Source: Candidatus Oxydemutator sp. (lineage in GTDB: Bacteria > Pseudomonadota > Gammaproteobacteria > Poriferisulfidales > Oxydemutatoraceae). From it: a stretch of 64,000 nucleotides of DNA. The notes below the pieces were generated by a model. The model worked only from the letters and a program-made list of their open reading frames with translations. It was not told the DNA's origin and did no database searches. Positions 19,701 through 34,700 of the stretch are shown here, one piece after another (positions within the stretch are counted from its first letter, which is position 1; the number at the start of each line of letters is the position of its first letter). The stretch lies in the NCBI GenBank assembly GCA_965203445.1, contig OZ241883.1, positions 608,001 through 672,000 on the forward strand, written 5' to 3'. A program made the position numbers and the translations under genes.

Positions 19701-22700
19701 CGGTAATGACGTCATCGCGCACCCTCACCGAAAACGACGCGCTGCTCGCGCCGGATGCGATGACCACGCTGCCGCTGGTCCTGCCGTCAAAGTCGTCGGC
19801 GTTGACCTGGTTGCCGCCCACCGCCCAATTCCAACTCGCAGTCACCCCCGCCGGCAAGGCCCCCGGAAAGCGCACCACGTAACTCGCGGTGCCACCTTCC
19901 GACACCGTCTCGCTGCCGGCGAACGTCGGCGTAAGACTTATCTCCCGCTGCGTCTCCCGCTGCGACGTGCGACGCGCCACCTCCGTGTCGGTAGCACCGC
20001 CGAACACCAGCACCGGGTAATCAAACTTGGTGCCGAAATCCCACGGAGCGTCGTCGTTCAAATCGCCGTCGCTGCCCTGATCCACGTCGTCCACGTTCAA
20101 CTTGTCCCAACCGGCGTAGATGGTGCCCGTCGCCGTGAGCGGGAACAACAAGTCGCTCGACGTCTTCGCAACAACGTCGTCCAGACCATGCGCGTTCGTT
20201 CCGCAGCAACTGCTCCGGAGGCTGCGCTCTTTGTCAAAATAACTCGACTCCACCGCGGCGCCGGCAACCCTGTTCCCTATCAAACCGCCGACCAGCCCTC
20301 CCCCCGTCGGTATCCCGACGGAGTAGCTGGCGCTGACCACCGACGCGGCGCCGGCTTCGCCCACCAGACCGCCCGCGTTGCTTGCCTCTGCATGCACCTC
20401 CACGTCGGCGTAACTCGCCACCAAACTGCCGTAATGACCCCCTATCAAACCGCCCACCCCGGATGCGCCGGATATGCGACCGCCACTCACGTAACTCGCC
20501 GCCACTTTGCCCTCGTTGCGGCCCACCAGCGCACCGGTATAGGTGCTGCTGCGACCCAAATCCACCTGCGCGTTGCGCAAGCCCACGTTGCGGATTCTGC
20601 CGTCGGCGCCGACGATGCCGAACAAACCCGTGCCATACACCCCGCCGCCGCTCATCCGCAGGTTGCTGATGACGTGGCCGTTGCCTTCGAAAACAGCGGT
20701 GTAAGCATCCGGCGTACCGCCCCCGCCTAGCGGCGTCCAGTCCGCTACGTCGGACAGATCCAGGTCGGCCGATAACTCGTAGCCGGTGCACGCACCCGGA
20801 CAGCTCGCCTCGTCGAAAAAGGGAAACGCCCGCCGATAAGCGACGTTGTTCGCGTCGCCCACGCCCGTCACCCCGACACCGCCCAGGTCGTGGCGGATCG
20901 CCGCCAACTGCGACGTCGTCGCCACCTCTATCAAGGTGTCGCCGTCGACGTCGTAGTCCTTTTCGACTCCGTCGCTGGGATCGATCACGGTCCTCACCGG
21001 AGCGGGCACGCCTAAGCGCACGCCACGCGCGGGCACCCCCGCGCCCGTGAGCCTTGCATTGCTCAACGCAACCACCATGGTCTCGAACGACTCGGTATCG
21101 GCGTCGTCGCGCACTACCACCGAAAACGACGCGCTGACGGCGCCAGACCTGATGACCACGGTGCCGGTCGTGTTGACAAAGTCGGCGGCGTCGGCTTCGC
21201 CGCCGCCCACGGCCCAATCCCAAGTCGCGCGCACCCCCGCCGGCAAGACCATCGGCAAGCGCACCACGTAACTCGCGGTGCCGCCTTCCGACACGGTCTC
21301 GCTTCCGATGAGCGTCGGTGCAAGACTTACCTGCGGCTGCGCCTCCTGCTGCGACCTGCTACGCGCCTGCCTCGTCTCGGTAGCACCGCCGAACACCAGC
21401 ACCGGGTAATCAAACGCGCTGCCGAAATCCCACGGACTGTCGTCGTTGTAGTCGACGTCGCCCCCCTGATCCACGTCGTCCACGTTCAACTTGTCCCAAC
21501 CCTCGTAGATGGTGCCCGCGGCCGTGGTCGGTGTGCGCAACTGGTACGACGTCCTCGGAGCGACGTTGTTCAGATCACCCGGGTTCCTTCCGCAGCAACT
21601 GGCCCGAAGGCTGCGCTGCACGTCAAAATAACTCGACTCCACCACGGAACCGGCAACCCGGTTCCCTATCAAACCGCCGACGAAGGCAGTCCCCGACTCC
21701 GCTTCCACCAACCCGACGGAGTAGCTGGCGCTCACCACCGACGCGCCATCGGCGTCGCCCGTCAAACCGCCCACGCCGCTCTCTATTCCATGCACCCTCA
21801 CGGCCGCGTAACTCGCCACCAACCGCCCGCCGTAATGACTCCCTACCAAACCGCCCACCGAAGCCACGCCGGATACGCTACCGCCAATGACGTAGCTCGC
21901 CACCACTTCGCCCCGGTCCCCGTTGTCTCCTACCAGCGCGCCTACAAAATAGCCACCGTGCACCTGAACGTTACGCAAGCCCACGTTGCGGATCACGCCA
22001 CTGCCGTTCACGGCCCCGAACAAACCTATCTGAGTCGGAACGGCAGCAGGATTACCAGGCGGAACGTCATGATACATCGTCAAGTTTTTGATGACGTGGC
22101 CGTTGCCTTCAAAAACAGCGGTGTAAGCATCCCCCGGAAAGTCGCGCAGCGGGACGTTCCCGCCTATAGGCTCCCAGTTCGGTATGTCGGACAGATCCAG
22201 GTCGGCCGACAACTCGTAGCCAATGCACGTGCCCGGACAAGTCTCCATCTCGTCGTACAGGGGAAACGCCGCCCGATAAGCCCGATAAGCTGCCTCATTC
22301 GCACTGCTCACGCCCGCCAGCCCGGCGCCGCCCAGGTCGTGGCCGATCGCCGCCAACTGCGACGTCGTCGCCACCTCTATCAAGTTGTCGTCGTCAAAGT
22401 CGTAGTCCACGCGATCACGCACCTTGACCGTCACCGTGTCCACGCCCGTCGCGCCGCGCGCGTCCGCAACCGTCAACTCGAACACCAGCGTCTCCGCCAC
22501 CGCCGCCCGCGGCACCGCGAACGTCGCCGTCTCCGACGTGGCGCCCGTCACCTCGACGACCGTGCCGCTGAGCTGACGCCACCGATACGTCAACTCCTCG
22601 CCTTCCGGATCATCCGCGACGCCGCGCAGCGCAACCACGTCGCCTTCGCGCACGATCACGTCGGAACCCGCGTCCACCATCGGCGCGTCGTTCGCGCCCG

Positions 22701-25700
22701 CGCGCACCGTGATCACCACCGTGTTCGTTGTCTGACCACTCAACTGCCGTTCCACGGGCGACGACAAACCCCGCGTGTCCGTCGCCACCAGCACGAACGT
22801 CAGGGTCTCGCTGCTCACCAACTGCTCCGGCGCCACAAACGTCGTGCTGCGCGCTGCGGCGTCGTGCAACGACACCTGACTGCCGCTGATCTGACGCCAG
22901 CCATACACCAGCATCTCGTTCTCCGGATCCCTGCCTACGCCGGCAAGCGTTACCACGTCGCCCTCGTCCACCATCTGGTCGGCGCCCGCGTCCGCTACCG
23001 GCGCGGCGTTCGCGCCCGCGCGCACCGTGATCACCACCGTGTTCGTCGTCTGACCGCTCAACTGCCGTTCTCTCGGCGACGACAGGCCGCGCGTGTCCGT
23101 CGCCACCAGCACGAACGTCAGGGTCTCGTCGCTCACCAACTGCTCCGGCGCCACAAACGTCGTGCTGCGCGCTGCGGCGTCGTGCAACGACACCTGACTG
23201 CCGCTGATCTGACGCCAGCCATACACCAGCATCTCGTTCTCCGGATCGCTACCGTCGCCGTCCAGCGTTACCATCTCGCCCTCGTACACCACCTGATCAT
23301 CGCCCGCGTCCGCCGTCGGCGCGTCGTTCGGCCCCGCTCGCACCGTGATCACCACCGTGTTCGTCGTCTGACCGCTCAACTGCCGTTCTCTCGGCGACGA
23401 CAAACCCCGCGTGTCCGTCGCCACCAGCACGAACGTCAGGGTCTCGTCGCTTACCAACTGCTCCGGCGCCACAAACGTCGTGCTGCGCGCTGCGGCGTCG
23501 CGCAACGACACCTGACTCCCGCTGATCTGACGCCAGCCATACTCCAGCACCTCCTCCTCCGGATCGCTGCCGGTGCCGGCCAGCGTTACCACCTCGCCCT
23601 CGTCCACCATCTGATCGGCGCCCGCGTCCGCCACCGGCGCGTCGTTCGCGCCCGGGCGCACCGTGATCACCACCGTGTTCGTCGTCTGACCGCTCAACTG
23701 CCGCTCTCTCGGCGACGACAAGCCGCGCGTGTCCGTCGCCACCAGCACGAACGTCAGGGTCTCGCTGCTCGCCAACTGCACCGGCGCCAGGAACGTCGTG
23801 CTGCGCGCTGCGGCGTCGTGCAACGACACCTGACTTCCGCTGATCTGACGCCAGCCATACACCAGCATCTCGTCCTCCGGATCGCTGCCTACGCCGGCCA
23901 GCGTTACCAACTGGCCCTCGTCCACCACCTGATCATCGCCCGCGTCCGCCGTCGGCGCGTCGTTCGGCCCCGGCAACACCTCGACCGACACCTCGGCAGA
24001 CGAACTCGCATCGCGCCTGTCCGTCACCGTCAGACGGAACACCAGCGTCGCCGTCTCCGCCAACTGCATCGGCGCCCTGAAACTCGCCCTATTCGTCGTC
24101 GGTTCGCCCAGCCCCACGTCAATACCGCCAATCTGTTCCCATCTATACGACAGACGGCCACCCTCGGTGTCCGTCGCACTGCCGCGCAACGTAACCTCGG
24201 CGCCTTCGCCTACCACTTGATCCGAACCGGCATCCACCACCGGCGGCGTGTTGACCCCCAGCTCCACATAGACCACCAAATCATCGGTCGTCGCGGCACC
24301 GCGCTCGTCCGTAACACGCAACGCAAACGCTATCTCCGTCGCCGAACTCAAACCCGTCGGTATCACAAAGCTCGTAATCCTCGACGACGCATCGCTCAAC
24401 GCAACTCCCAGCACCTCCGCACCGCTGGTCTGACTCCACCGATACCTCAACTCCTCGCTCTCAGGATCATAGGCGCTGCCGCGCAGCACCACCACGTCGC
24501 CCTCGCCCGCAAGCAGATTATCGCCCGCGTCCACCACCGGCGCGTCGTTCGCTCCCGCGCGCACTTCGACCACTACCGTGTCCGTGTCCGTCGCCCCGCG
24601 CGCGTCCGCCACCGTCAACTCGAACACCAGCGTCGCCGTCTCCACCAACTGCATCGGCGCCGTGAACGTCACGGTGGTCGTCGTGGTGGTCGTGGCGCCT
24701 ATCGTCGCTCCCGTCAACGTCACTCGACCGCCGCCGATCTGACGCCAGCCATACGTCAGATCCTCTCTCTCTGGATCACTGCTGCCATCGCCGTCCAGCG
24801 TTACCAGTCCGCCCTCGTCCACCACCTGATCATCACCCGCGTCCGCCACCGGCGCGTCGTTCGCGCCCGCGCGCACCGTCACCACCACCGTCGCCGTCGT
24901 CGAAACCGCACCACGCGTGTCCGTTACACGCAGCGCAAACTCCAACTCCTCATCCGACACCAACTGCATCGGCGCCGTGAAACTCGCGGTTACCGACATC
25001 GCGTTCGTCAGCGTAACGCGCACGCCCCGGGTCTGACTCCAGACATACACCAGCGCTTCTTTCTCCGGATCGTTACTGGCGTCGCCGTCCAGTATCACCA
25101 CCGCGCCCTCGGACACCACCTGGGCAAAACCGGCGTCCGCCGTCGGCGCGTCGTTCGCGCCCGGGCGCACCGTGATCACCACCGTGTTCGTCGTCTGATC
25201 GCTCAACTGCCGCTCCGCAGGCGACGACAGTCCGCGCGTGTCCGTCGCCACCAACACGAACGTCAGGGTCTCGCTGCTCACCAGCTGCACCGGCGCCACA
25301 AACGTCGTGCTGCGCGCCCCGGCGTCGTACAACGACACCTGACTGCCGCTGATCTGACGCCAGCCATACACCAACATCTCGTCCTCCGGATCGCTGCCCG
25401 CGCCGTCCAGCGTCACCACGTCGCCCTCGTCCACCACCTGATCATCGCCCGCGTCCGCCGTCGGTGCGTCGTTCTCGCCCGGAACCACCTCGACCACCAC
25501 CGTGGCCGTGCCCGTCGCGTCGCGCGCGTCCGTTACCGTCAACTCGAACACCAGCGTCGCCGTCTCCGCCAACTGCATCGGCGCCATGAACGTCGCGGTG
25601 GTCCTGGAACCTATCGTCGCTCCCGTCAGCGTCACTCGACCGCCGCCGATCTGACGCCAGCCATAGCTCAACTCCTCTCTCTCCGGATCCCTGCTACCGT

Positions 25701-28700
25701 CGCCGTCCAGCGTTACCATCTCGCCCTCGGACACCACCTGATCATCGCCCGCGTCCGCTATCGGCGCGTCGTTCTCGCCCGCACGCACCGTGATCACCAC
25801 CGTGTTCGTTGTCCGATCGCTCAACTGACGTTCCACGGGCGACGACAGACCCCGCGTGTCCGTCGCCACCAGCACGAACGTCAGGGTCTCGCTGCTCGCC
25901 AACTGCACCGGCGCCAGGAACGTCGTGCTGCGCGCTGCGGCGTCGTGCAACGACACCTGACTGCCGCTGATCTGACGCCAGCCATACACCAGCATCTCGT
26001 CCTCCGGATCGCTGCCATCGCCGGCCAGCGTCACCAACTGGCCCTCGTCCACCACCTGATCGGCGCCCGCATCCGCTACCGGCGCGTCGTTCGGCCCCGG
26101 CAACACCTCGACCGACACCTCGGCAGACGAACTCGCATCGCGCCCGTCCGTCACCGTCAGACGGAACACCAGCGTCGCCGTCTCCGCCAACTGCATCGGC
26201 GCCGTGAACGTCGCCACCGACGACGTCGGATTCCCCAAAACCACGTCGCCACCGCCGATCTGTTCCCACCTGTACGACAATACGCCGCCCTCGGTGTCCG
26301 TCGCACTGCCGCGCAGCGTGACCTCCGCCCCTTCATCCACCACTTGATCGGAACCGGCATCCACCATCGGCGGCGTGTTCGCTCCCAACTCCACCCTGAC
26401 CACCACTCGCGCGGTCGCCGCCAGACCGCGCTCGTCCGTCACCCTCAACGCAAATCCCAACACCACCGCATCCAACGGCGACGTGAACGTCGCCACCGAC
26501 GACGTCGCACCCGACAACATCACCGTCGGCTGACCGCTGGTCTGACTCCACTGATACCTCAACGTCTCGTTCTCCGGATCAAACGCCACCCCGCGCAGCG
26601 TAACCTCCTCACCCTCGCCCACCACCTGATCCTGCCCCGCGCTCACCACCGGCGCGTCGTTCGGCCCCGGCAACACCTCGACCGACACCTCGGCCGACGA
26701 ACTCGCATCGCGCCGATCCGTCACCGTCAGACGGAACACCAGCGTCGCCGTCTCCGCCAACTGCATCGGCGCCGTGAACGTCGCCACCGCCACCATCGGA
26801 TTCCCCAAAACCACGTCGCCACCGCCGATCTGTTCCCATCTGTACGACAATACGCCGCCCTCGTTGTCCGTCGCACTGCCGCGCAGCGTGACCTCCGCCC
26901 CTTCGCCGACCACTTGATCGGAACCGGCATCCACCACCGGCGGCGTGTTCGTCCCCAACTCCACCCGAACCACCACCAGCGCGGTCGTCGCCAGACCACG
27001 CTCGTCCGTCGCCCTCAACGCAAATATCAGCACCGCCGCCTCCGCCAGACCCGACGGCGACGTGAACGTCGCCACCGACGACGTCGCACCCGACAACACC
27101 ACCGTCGGCTGACCGCTGGTCTGGCTCCATTGATACCTCAACGTCTCGTTCTCCAGATCAAACGCCACCCCGCGCAGCACCACCGCCTCGCTCGAACCCA
27201 CTACCTGGTTCCGCCCCGCACTCACCACCGGCGCGTCGTTCGGCCCCGGCAACACCTCGACTGACACCTCGGCCGACGAACTCGCATTGCGCCCGTCCGT
27301 CACCGTCAGACGGAACACCAGCGTCGCCGTCTCCGCCAACTGCATCGGCGCCGTGAACGTCGCGGTTACCGACTGCGCGTTCGTCAGCGTGACTCCCCTG
27401 CCGCTGACCTGACGCCAGTCATACCTCAACTCCTCTCTCTCCAGATCGCTGCTGCCAGTGCCGTCCAGCGTTACCAACTCGCCCTCGTCCACCACCTGAT
27501 CGGCGCCCGCGTCCGCTACCGGCGCGTCGTTCTCGCCCGCGCGCACCGTGACCGACACCGTGTCCGTGCCCACCGCGTCGCGCGCGTCCGTTACCGTCAA
27601 CTCGAACACCAGCGTCGCCGTCTCCGCCAACTGCATCGGCGCCAGGAACGTCGCGGTGGTCCTGGAACCTATCATCGCTCCCGTCAGCGTCACTCGACCG
27701 CCGCCGATCTGACGCCAGCCATAGCTCAACTCCTCTCTCTCCGGATCCCTGCTACCGTCGCCGTCCAGCGTTACCATCTCGCCCTCGTACACCACCTGAT
27801 CATCGCCCGCGTCCGCCGTCGGCGCGTCGTTCTCGCCCGCGCGCACCGTGATCACCACCGTGTTCGTCGTCTGACCGCTCAACTGCCGTTCCACGGGCGA
27901 CGACAAACCCCGCGTGTCCGTCGCCACCAGCACGAACGTCAGGGTCTCGTCGCTCACCAACTGCTCCGGCGCCACAAACGTCGTGCTGCGCGCTGCGGCG
28001 TCGTGCAACGACACCTGACTCCCGCTGATCTGACGCCAGCCATACACCAGCATCTCGTCCTCCGGATCGCTGCCAACCCCGTCCAGCGTTACCACGTCGC
28101 CCTCGTCCACCATCCGGTCGGCGCCCGCGTCCGCGACCGGCGCGTCGTTCGCGCCCGGGCGCACCGTGATCACCACCGTGTTCGTCGTCTGACCGCTCAA
28201 CTGCCGCTCTCTCGGCGACGACAAGCCGCGCGTGTCCGTCGCCACCAGCACGAACGTCAGGGTCTCGCTGCTCGCCAACTGCACCGGCGCCAGGAACGTC
28301 GTGCTGCGCGCTGCGGCGTCGTGCAACGACACCTGACTGCCGCTGATCTGACGCCAGCCATACACCAGCATCTCGTCCTCCGGATCGCTGCCATCGCCGG
28401 CCAGCGTTACCAACTGGCCCTCGTCCACCACCTGATCGGCGCCCGCGTCCGCCGTCGGCGCGTCGTTCTCGCCCGGCAACACCTCGACCGACACCTCGGC
28501 AGACGAACTCGCATTGCGCCCGTCCGTCACCGTCAGACGGAACACCAGCGTCGCCGTCTCCGCCAACTGCATCGGCGCCGTGAACGTCGCCACCGACGAC
28601 GTCGGATTGCCCAAACCCACGTCGCCACCACCGATCTGTTCCCACCTGTACGACAATACGCCGCCCTCGGTGTCCGTCGCACTGCCGCGCAACGTGACCT

Positions 28701-31700
28701 CCGCCCCTTCGTCCACCACTTGATCGGAACCGGCATCCACCACCGGCGGCGTGTTCGTCTCCAACTCCACACGAACTGCCACCCGCGCGGTCGTCGCCAG
28801 ACCGCGCTCGTCCACAGCCCTCAATGCAAATCCCAGCACCGCCGCCTCCGCCAGACCCGACGGCGACGTGAACGTCGCCACCGACGACGTCGCACCCGAC
28901 AACACCACCGTCGGCTGACCGCTGGTCTGACTCCACTGATACCTCAACGTCTCGTTCTCCGGATCAAACGCCACCCCGCGCAGCGTAACCTCCTCGCCCT
29001 CGCCCACCACCTGATCCTGCCCCGCGCTCACCACCGGCGCGTCGTTCGGCCCCGGCAGCACCTCGACCGACACCTCGGCCGACGAACTCGCATTGCGCCC
29101 GTCCGTCACCGTCAACCGGAATACCAGCGTCGCCGTCTCCGCCAACTGCATCGGCGCCGTGAACGTCGCGGTTACCGACATCGCGTTCGTCAGCGTGACT
29201 CCCCTGCCGCTGACCTGACGCCAGTCATACCTCAACTCCTCTCTCTCCAGATCGCTGCTGCCAGTGCCGTCCAGCGTTACCAACTCGCCCTCGTCCACCA
29301 CCTGATCAAGTCCGGCGTCCGCCATCGGCACGTCGTTCTCGCCCGGCAACACCTCGACCGACACCTCGGCAGACGAACTCGCATTGCGCCCGTCCGTCAC
29401 CGTCAACCGGAACACCAGCGTCGCCGTCTCCGCCAACTGCATCGGCGCCGTGAACGTCGCCACCGACGACGTCGGATTGCCCAAAACCACGTCGCCACCG
29501 CTGATCTGTTCCCATCTGTACGACAATACGCCGCCCTCGTTATCCGTCGCACTGCCGCGCAACGTGACCTCCGCCCCTTCGTCCACCACTTGATCCGAAC
29601 CGGCATCCACCATCGGCGGCGTGTTCGTCCCCAACTCCACCCGAACCGCCACACGCGCGGTCGTCGCCAGACCGCGCTCGTCCGTCGCCCTCAACGCAAA
29701 TATCAGCACCGCCGCCTCCGCCAGACCCGACGGCGACGTGAACGTCGCCACCGACGACGTCGCACCCGACAACACCACCGTCGGCTGACCGCTGGTCTGA
29801 CTCCACTGATACCCCAACGTCTCGTTCTCCGGATCGAACGCCACGCCGCGCAGCACCACTTCCTCGCCCTCGCCCACTATCTGCTCCCGCCCCGCGCTCA
29901 CCACCGGCGCGTCGTTCGGCCCCGGCAACACCTCGACCGACACCTCGGCCGACGAACTCGCATTGCGCCCGTCCGTCACCGTCAGACGGAACACCAGCGT
30001 CGCCGTCTCCGCCAACTGCATCGGCGCCGTGAACGTCGCGGTTACCGACTGCGCGTTCGTCAGCGTGACCCCTCTGCCGCTGACCTGGCGCCAGTCATAC
30101 CTCAACTCTTCTCTCTCCAGATCGCTGCTGCCAGTGCCGTCCAGCGTTACCAACTCGCCCTCGTCCACCACCTGATCAAGTCCGGCGTCCGCCGTCGGCG
30201 CGTCGTTCTCGCCCGGCAACACCTCGACCGACACCTCGGCAGACGAACTCGCATCGCGCCCATCCGTCACCGTCAGACGGAACACCAGCGTCGCCGTCTC
30301 CGCCAACTGCTCCGGCGCCGTGAACGTCGCCACCGACGACGTCGGATTGCCCAAAACCACGTCGCCACCGCTGATCTGTTCCCATCTGTACGACAATACG
30401 CCGCCCTCGTTATCCGTCGCACTGCCGCGCAACGTGACCTCCGCCCCTTCGTCCACCACTTGATCCGAACCGGCATCCACCATCGGCGGCGTGTTCGTCC
30501 CCAACTCCACCCGAACCGCCACACGCGCGGTCGTCGCCAGACCGCGCTCGTCCGTCGCCCTCAACGCAAATATCAGCACCGCCGCCTCCGCCAGACCCGA
30601 CGGCGACGTGAACGTCGCCACCGACGACGTCGCACCCGACAACACCACCGTCGGCTGACCGCTGGTCTGACTCCACTGATACCCCAACGTCTCGTTCTCC
30701 GGATCGAACGCCACCCCGCGCAGCACCACTTCCTCGCCTTCGCCCACTATCTGGTTCCGCCCCGCGCTCACCACCGGCGCGTCGTTCGGCCCCGGCAACA
30801 CCTCGACCGACACCTCGGCCGACGAACTCGCATTGCGCCCGTCCGCCACCGTCAACCGGAACACCAGCGTCGCCGTCTCCGCCAACTGCTCCGGCGCCGT
30901 GAACGTCGCGGTTACCGACTGCGCGTTCGTCAGCGTGACTCCCCTGCCGCTGACCTGACGCCAGTCATATCCCAACTCCTCTCTCTCCAGATCGCTGCTG
31001 CCAGTGCCGTCCAGCGTTACCAACTCGCCCTCGTCCACCACCTGATCAAGTCCGGCGTCCGCCGTCGGCGCGTCGTTCTCGCCCGGCAACACCTCGACCG
31101 ACACCTCGGCCGACGAACTCGCATCGCGCCCATCCGTCACCGTCAGACGGAACACCAGCGTCGCCGTCTCCGCCAACTGCATCGGCGCCGTGAACGTCGC
31201 GGTTACCGACATCGCGTTCGTCAGCGTGACTCCCCTGCCGCTGACCTGACGCCAGTCATACCCCAACTCTTCTCTCTCCAGATCGCTGCTGCCGGTGCCG
31301 TCCAGCGTTACCATCTCGCCCTCGTCCACCACCTGATCAGCGCCCGCGTCCGCCGTCGGCGCGTCGTTCTCGCCCGGCAACACCTCGACCGACACCTCGG
31401 CAGACGAACTCGCATTGCGCCGGTCCGTCGCCGTCAGACGGAACACCAGCGTCGCCGTCTCCGCCAACTGCATCGGCGCCGTGAACGTCGCCACCGACGA
31501 CGTCGGATTACCCAAACCCACGTCAATACCGCCCGTTTGTTCCCACCTATACAACAGACGGCCGCCCTCGGTGTCCGTCGCACTGCCGCGCAACGTGACC
31601 TCGGCGCCTTCGTCCACCACTTGATCCGAACCGGCATCCACCATCGGCGGCGTGTTGACCCCCAACTCCACATAGACCACCAAATCATCGGTCGTCGCCG

Positions 31701-34700
31701 CATCGCGCTCGTCCGTAACACGCAACGCAAACGCTATCTCCGTCGCCGAACTCAAACCCGTCGGTATCACAAAGCTCGTAATCCTCGACGACGCATCGCT
31801 CAACGCAACTCCCAGCACCTCCGCACCGCTGGTCTGACTCCACCGATACCTCAACTCCTCGCCCTCAGGATCATAGGCGCTGCCGCGCAATACCACCACG
31901 TCGCCCTCACCCGCAAGCAGATCATCGCCCGCGTCCACCACCGGCGCGTCGTTCGTGCCCGCGCGCACCGTGACCACCACCGTGTTCGTCGTCTGACCAG
32001 CATACTGCGCCTCCACGGGCGACGACAAACCGCGCGTGTCCGTCGCCACCAACACGAACGTCAGGGTCTCGCTGCTCGCCAACTGCACCGGCGCCACAAA
32101 CGTCGTGCTGCGCGCTGCGGCGTCGTGCAACGACACCTGACTCCCGCTGATCTGACGCCAGCCATACACCAGCATCTCGTTCTCCGGATCGCTGCTGCCT
32201 GCGCCGTCCAGCGTCACCACCGCGCCCTCGTCCACCATCTGATCGGCGCCCGCGTTCGCCGTCGGCGCGTCGTTCTCGCCCGGGCGCACCTCGACCACCA
32301 CCGTGTCCGTGCCCACCGCGTCGCGCTCGTCCGTTACCGTCAACTCGAACACCAGCGTCGCCGTCTCCGCCAACTGCATCGGCGCCGTGAACGTCGCGGT
32401 GGCCGTGGCGGTGGTCATGGCGCCTACCGTCTCTCCCGTCAGCGTCACTCGACCGCCGCCGATCTGACGCCAGCCATACGTCAGAACCTCTCTCTCCGGA
32501 TCACTGCTGCCGTCGCCGTCCAGCGTTACCACATCGCCCTCGTCCACCACCTGATCATCGCCCGCGTCCGCCAACGGCGCGTCGTTCTCGCCCGCGCGCA
32601 CCGTGATCACCACCGTGTTCGTCGTCTGACCGCTCAACTGACGATCCCTCGGCGACGACAACCCGCGCGTGTCCGTCGCCACCAGCACGAACGTCAGGGT
32701 CTCGCTGCTCACCAACTGCACCGGCGCCACAAACGTCGTGCTGCGCGCCCCGGCGTCGTGCAACGACACCTGACTGCCGCTGATCTGACGCCAGCCATAC
32801 ACCAGCATCTCGTCCTCCGGATCGCTGCCCGCGCCGGCCAGCGTCACCACGTCGCCCTCGTCCACCACCTGATCATCGCCCGCGTCCGCCGTCGGTGCGT
32901 CGTTCTCGCCCGGAACCACCTCGACCACCACCGTGGCCGTGCCCGTCGCGTCGCGCGCGTCCGTTACCGTCAACTCGAACACCAGCGTCGCCGTCGCCGC
33001 CAACTGCTCCGGCGCCGTGAACGTCGCGGTTACCGACATCGCGTTCGTCAGCGTGACTCCCCTGCCGCCGACCTGACGCCAGCCATACGTCAACTCCTCT
33101 CTCTCCGGATCCCTGCTGGCTACGCCGTCCAGCGTCACCATCTCGCCCTCGTCCACCACCTGATTGGCGCCCGCGTCCGCCACCGGCGCATCGTTCGCGC
33201 CCGGACGCACCGTGATCACCACCGTGTTCGTCGTCCGATCGCTCAACTGCCGCTCCGCAGGCGACGACAGTCCGCGCGTGTCCGTCGCCACCAACACGAA
33301 CGTCAGGGTCTCGCTGCTCGCCAACTGCACCGGCGCCACAAACGTCGTGCTGCGCGCTGCGGCGTCGTGCAACGACACCTGACTGCCGCTGATCTGACGC
33401 CAGCCATACACCAGCATCTCGTCCTCCGGATCGCTGCCATCGCCGGCCAGCGTCACCACGTCGCCCTCGTCCGCCATCTGGTCGGCGCCCGCGTCCGCCG
33501 TCGGCGCGTCGTTCGGCCCCGCTCGCACCGTGATCACCACCGTGTTCGTCGTCTGACCGCTCAACTGCCGCTCCCTCGGCGACGACAGTCCCCGCGTGTC
33601 CGTCGCCACCAGCACGAACGTCAGGGTCTCGTTGCTCACCAACTGCTCCGGCGCCACAAACGTCGTGCTGCGCGCCCCGGCGTCGTGCAACGACACCTGA
33701 CTTCCGCTGATCTGACGCCAGCCATACACCAGCATCTCGTTCTCCGGATCGCTGCCATCGCCGGCCAGCGTTACCACGTCGCCCTCGTCCACCATCTGGT
33801 CGGCGCCCGCGTCCGCCGTCGGCGCGTCGTTCTCGCCCGGTCGCACCGTGATCACTACCGTGTTCGTCGTCTGACCGCTCAACTGCCGTTCCGCAGGCGA
33901 CGACAGTCCCCGCGTGTCCGTCGCCACCAGCACGAACGTCAGGGTCTCGCTGCTCGCCAACTGCACTGGCGCCACAAACGTCGTGCGACGCGCTGCGGCG
34001 TCGTGCAACGACACCTGACTTCCGCTGATCTGACGCCAGCCATACACCAGCATCTCGTTCTCCGGATCCCTGCCTACGCCGTCCAGCGTCACCACGTCGC
34101 CCTCGTCCACTACCTGGTCGGCGCCCGCATCCGCTACCGGCGCGTCGTTCTCGCCCGGCAACACCTCGACCGACACCTCGGCAGACGAACTCGCATCGCG
34201 CCTGTCCGTCACCGTCAGACGGAACACCAGCGTCGCCGTCTCCGCCAACTGCTCCGGCGCCGTGAACGTCGCCACCGACGACGTCGGATTGCCCAAACCC
34301 ACGTCGCCACCACCGATCTGTTCCCATCTGTACGACAATACGCCGCCCTCGGCGTCCGTCGCACTGCCGCGCAGCGTGACCTCCGCCCCTTCGTCCACCA
34401 CTTGATCGGAACCGGCATCCACCACCGGCGGCGTGTTCGTCTCCAACTCCACCCGAACCACCACCAGCGCGGTCGTCGCCAGACCGCGCTCGTCCGTCGC
34501 TCTCAACGCAAATCCCAGCACCGCCGCCTCCGCCAGACCCGACGGCGACGTGAACGTCGCCACCGACGACGTCGCACCGGACAACACCACCGTCGGCTGA
34601 CCGCTGGTCTGGCTCCATTGATACCTCAACATCTCGTTCTCCGGATCGAACGCCACCCCGCGCAGCACCACTTCCTCGCCTTCGCCCACTATCTGGTTCC

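Noticed and set aside
25742-34618. Alternative-frame minus-strand ORFs (e.g. 378 and 581 aa) inside gene B
   Set aside because: Off-frame readings of repeats in high-GC DNA with no independent coding signal.
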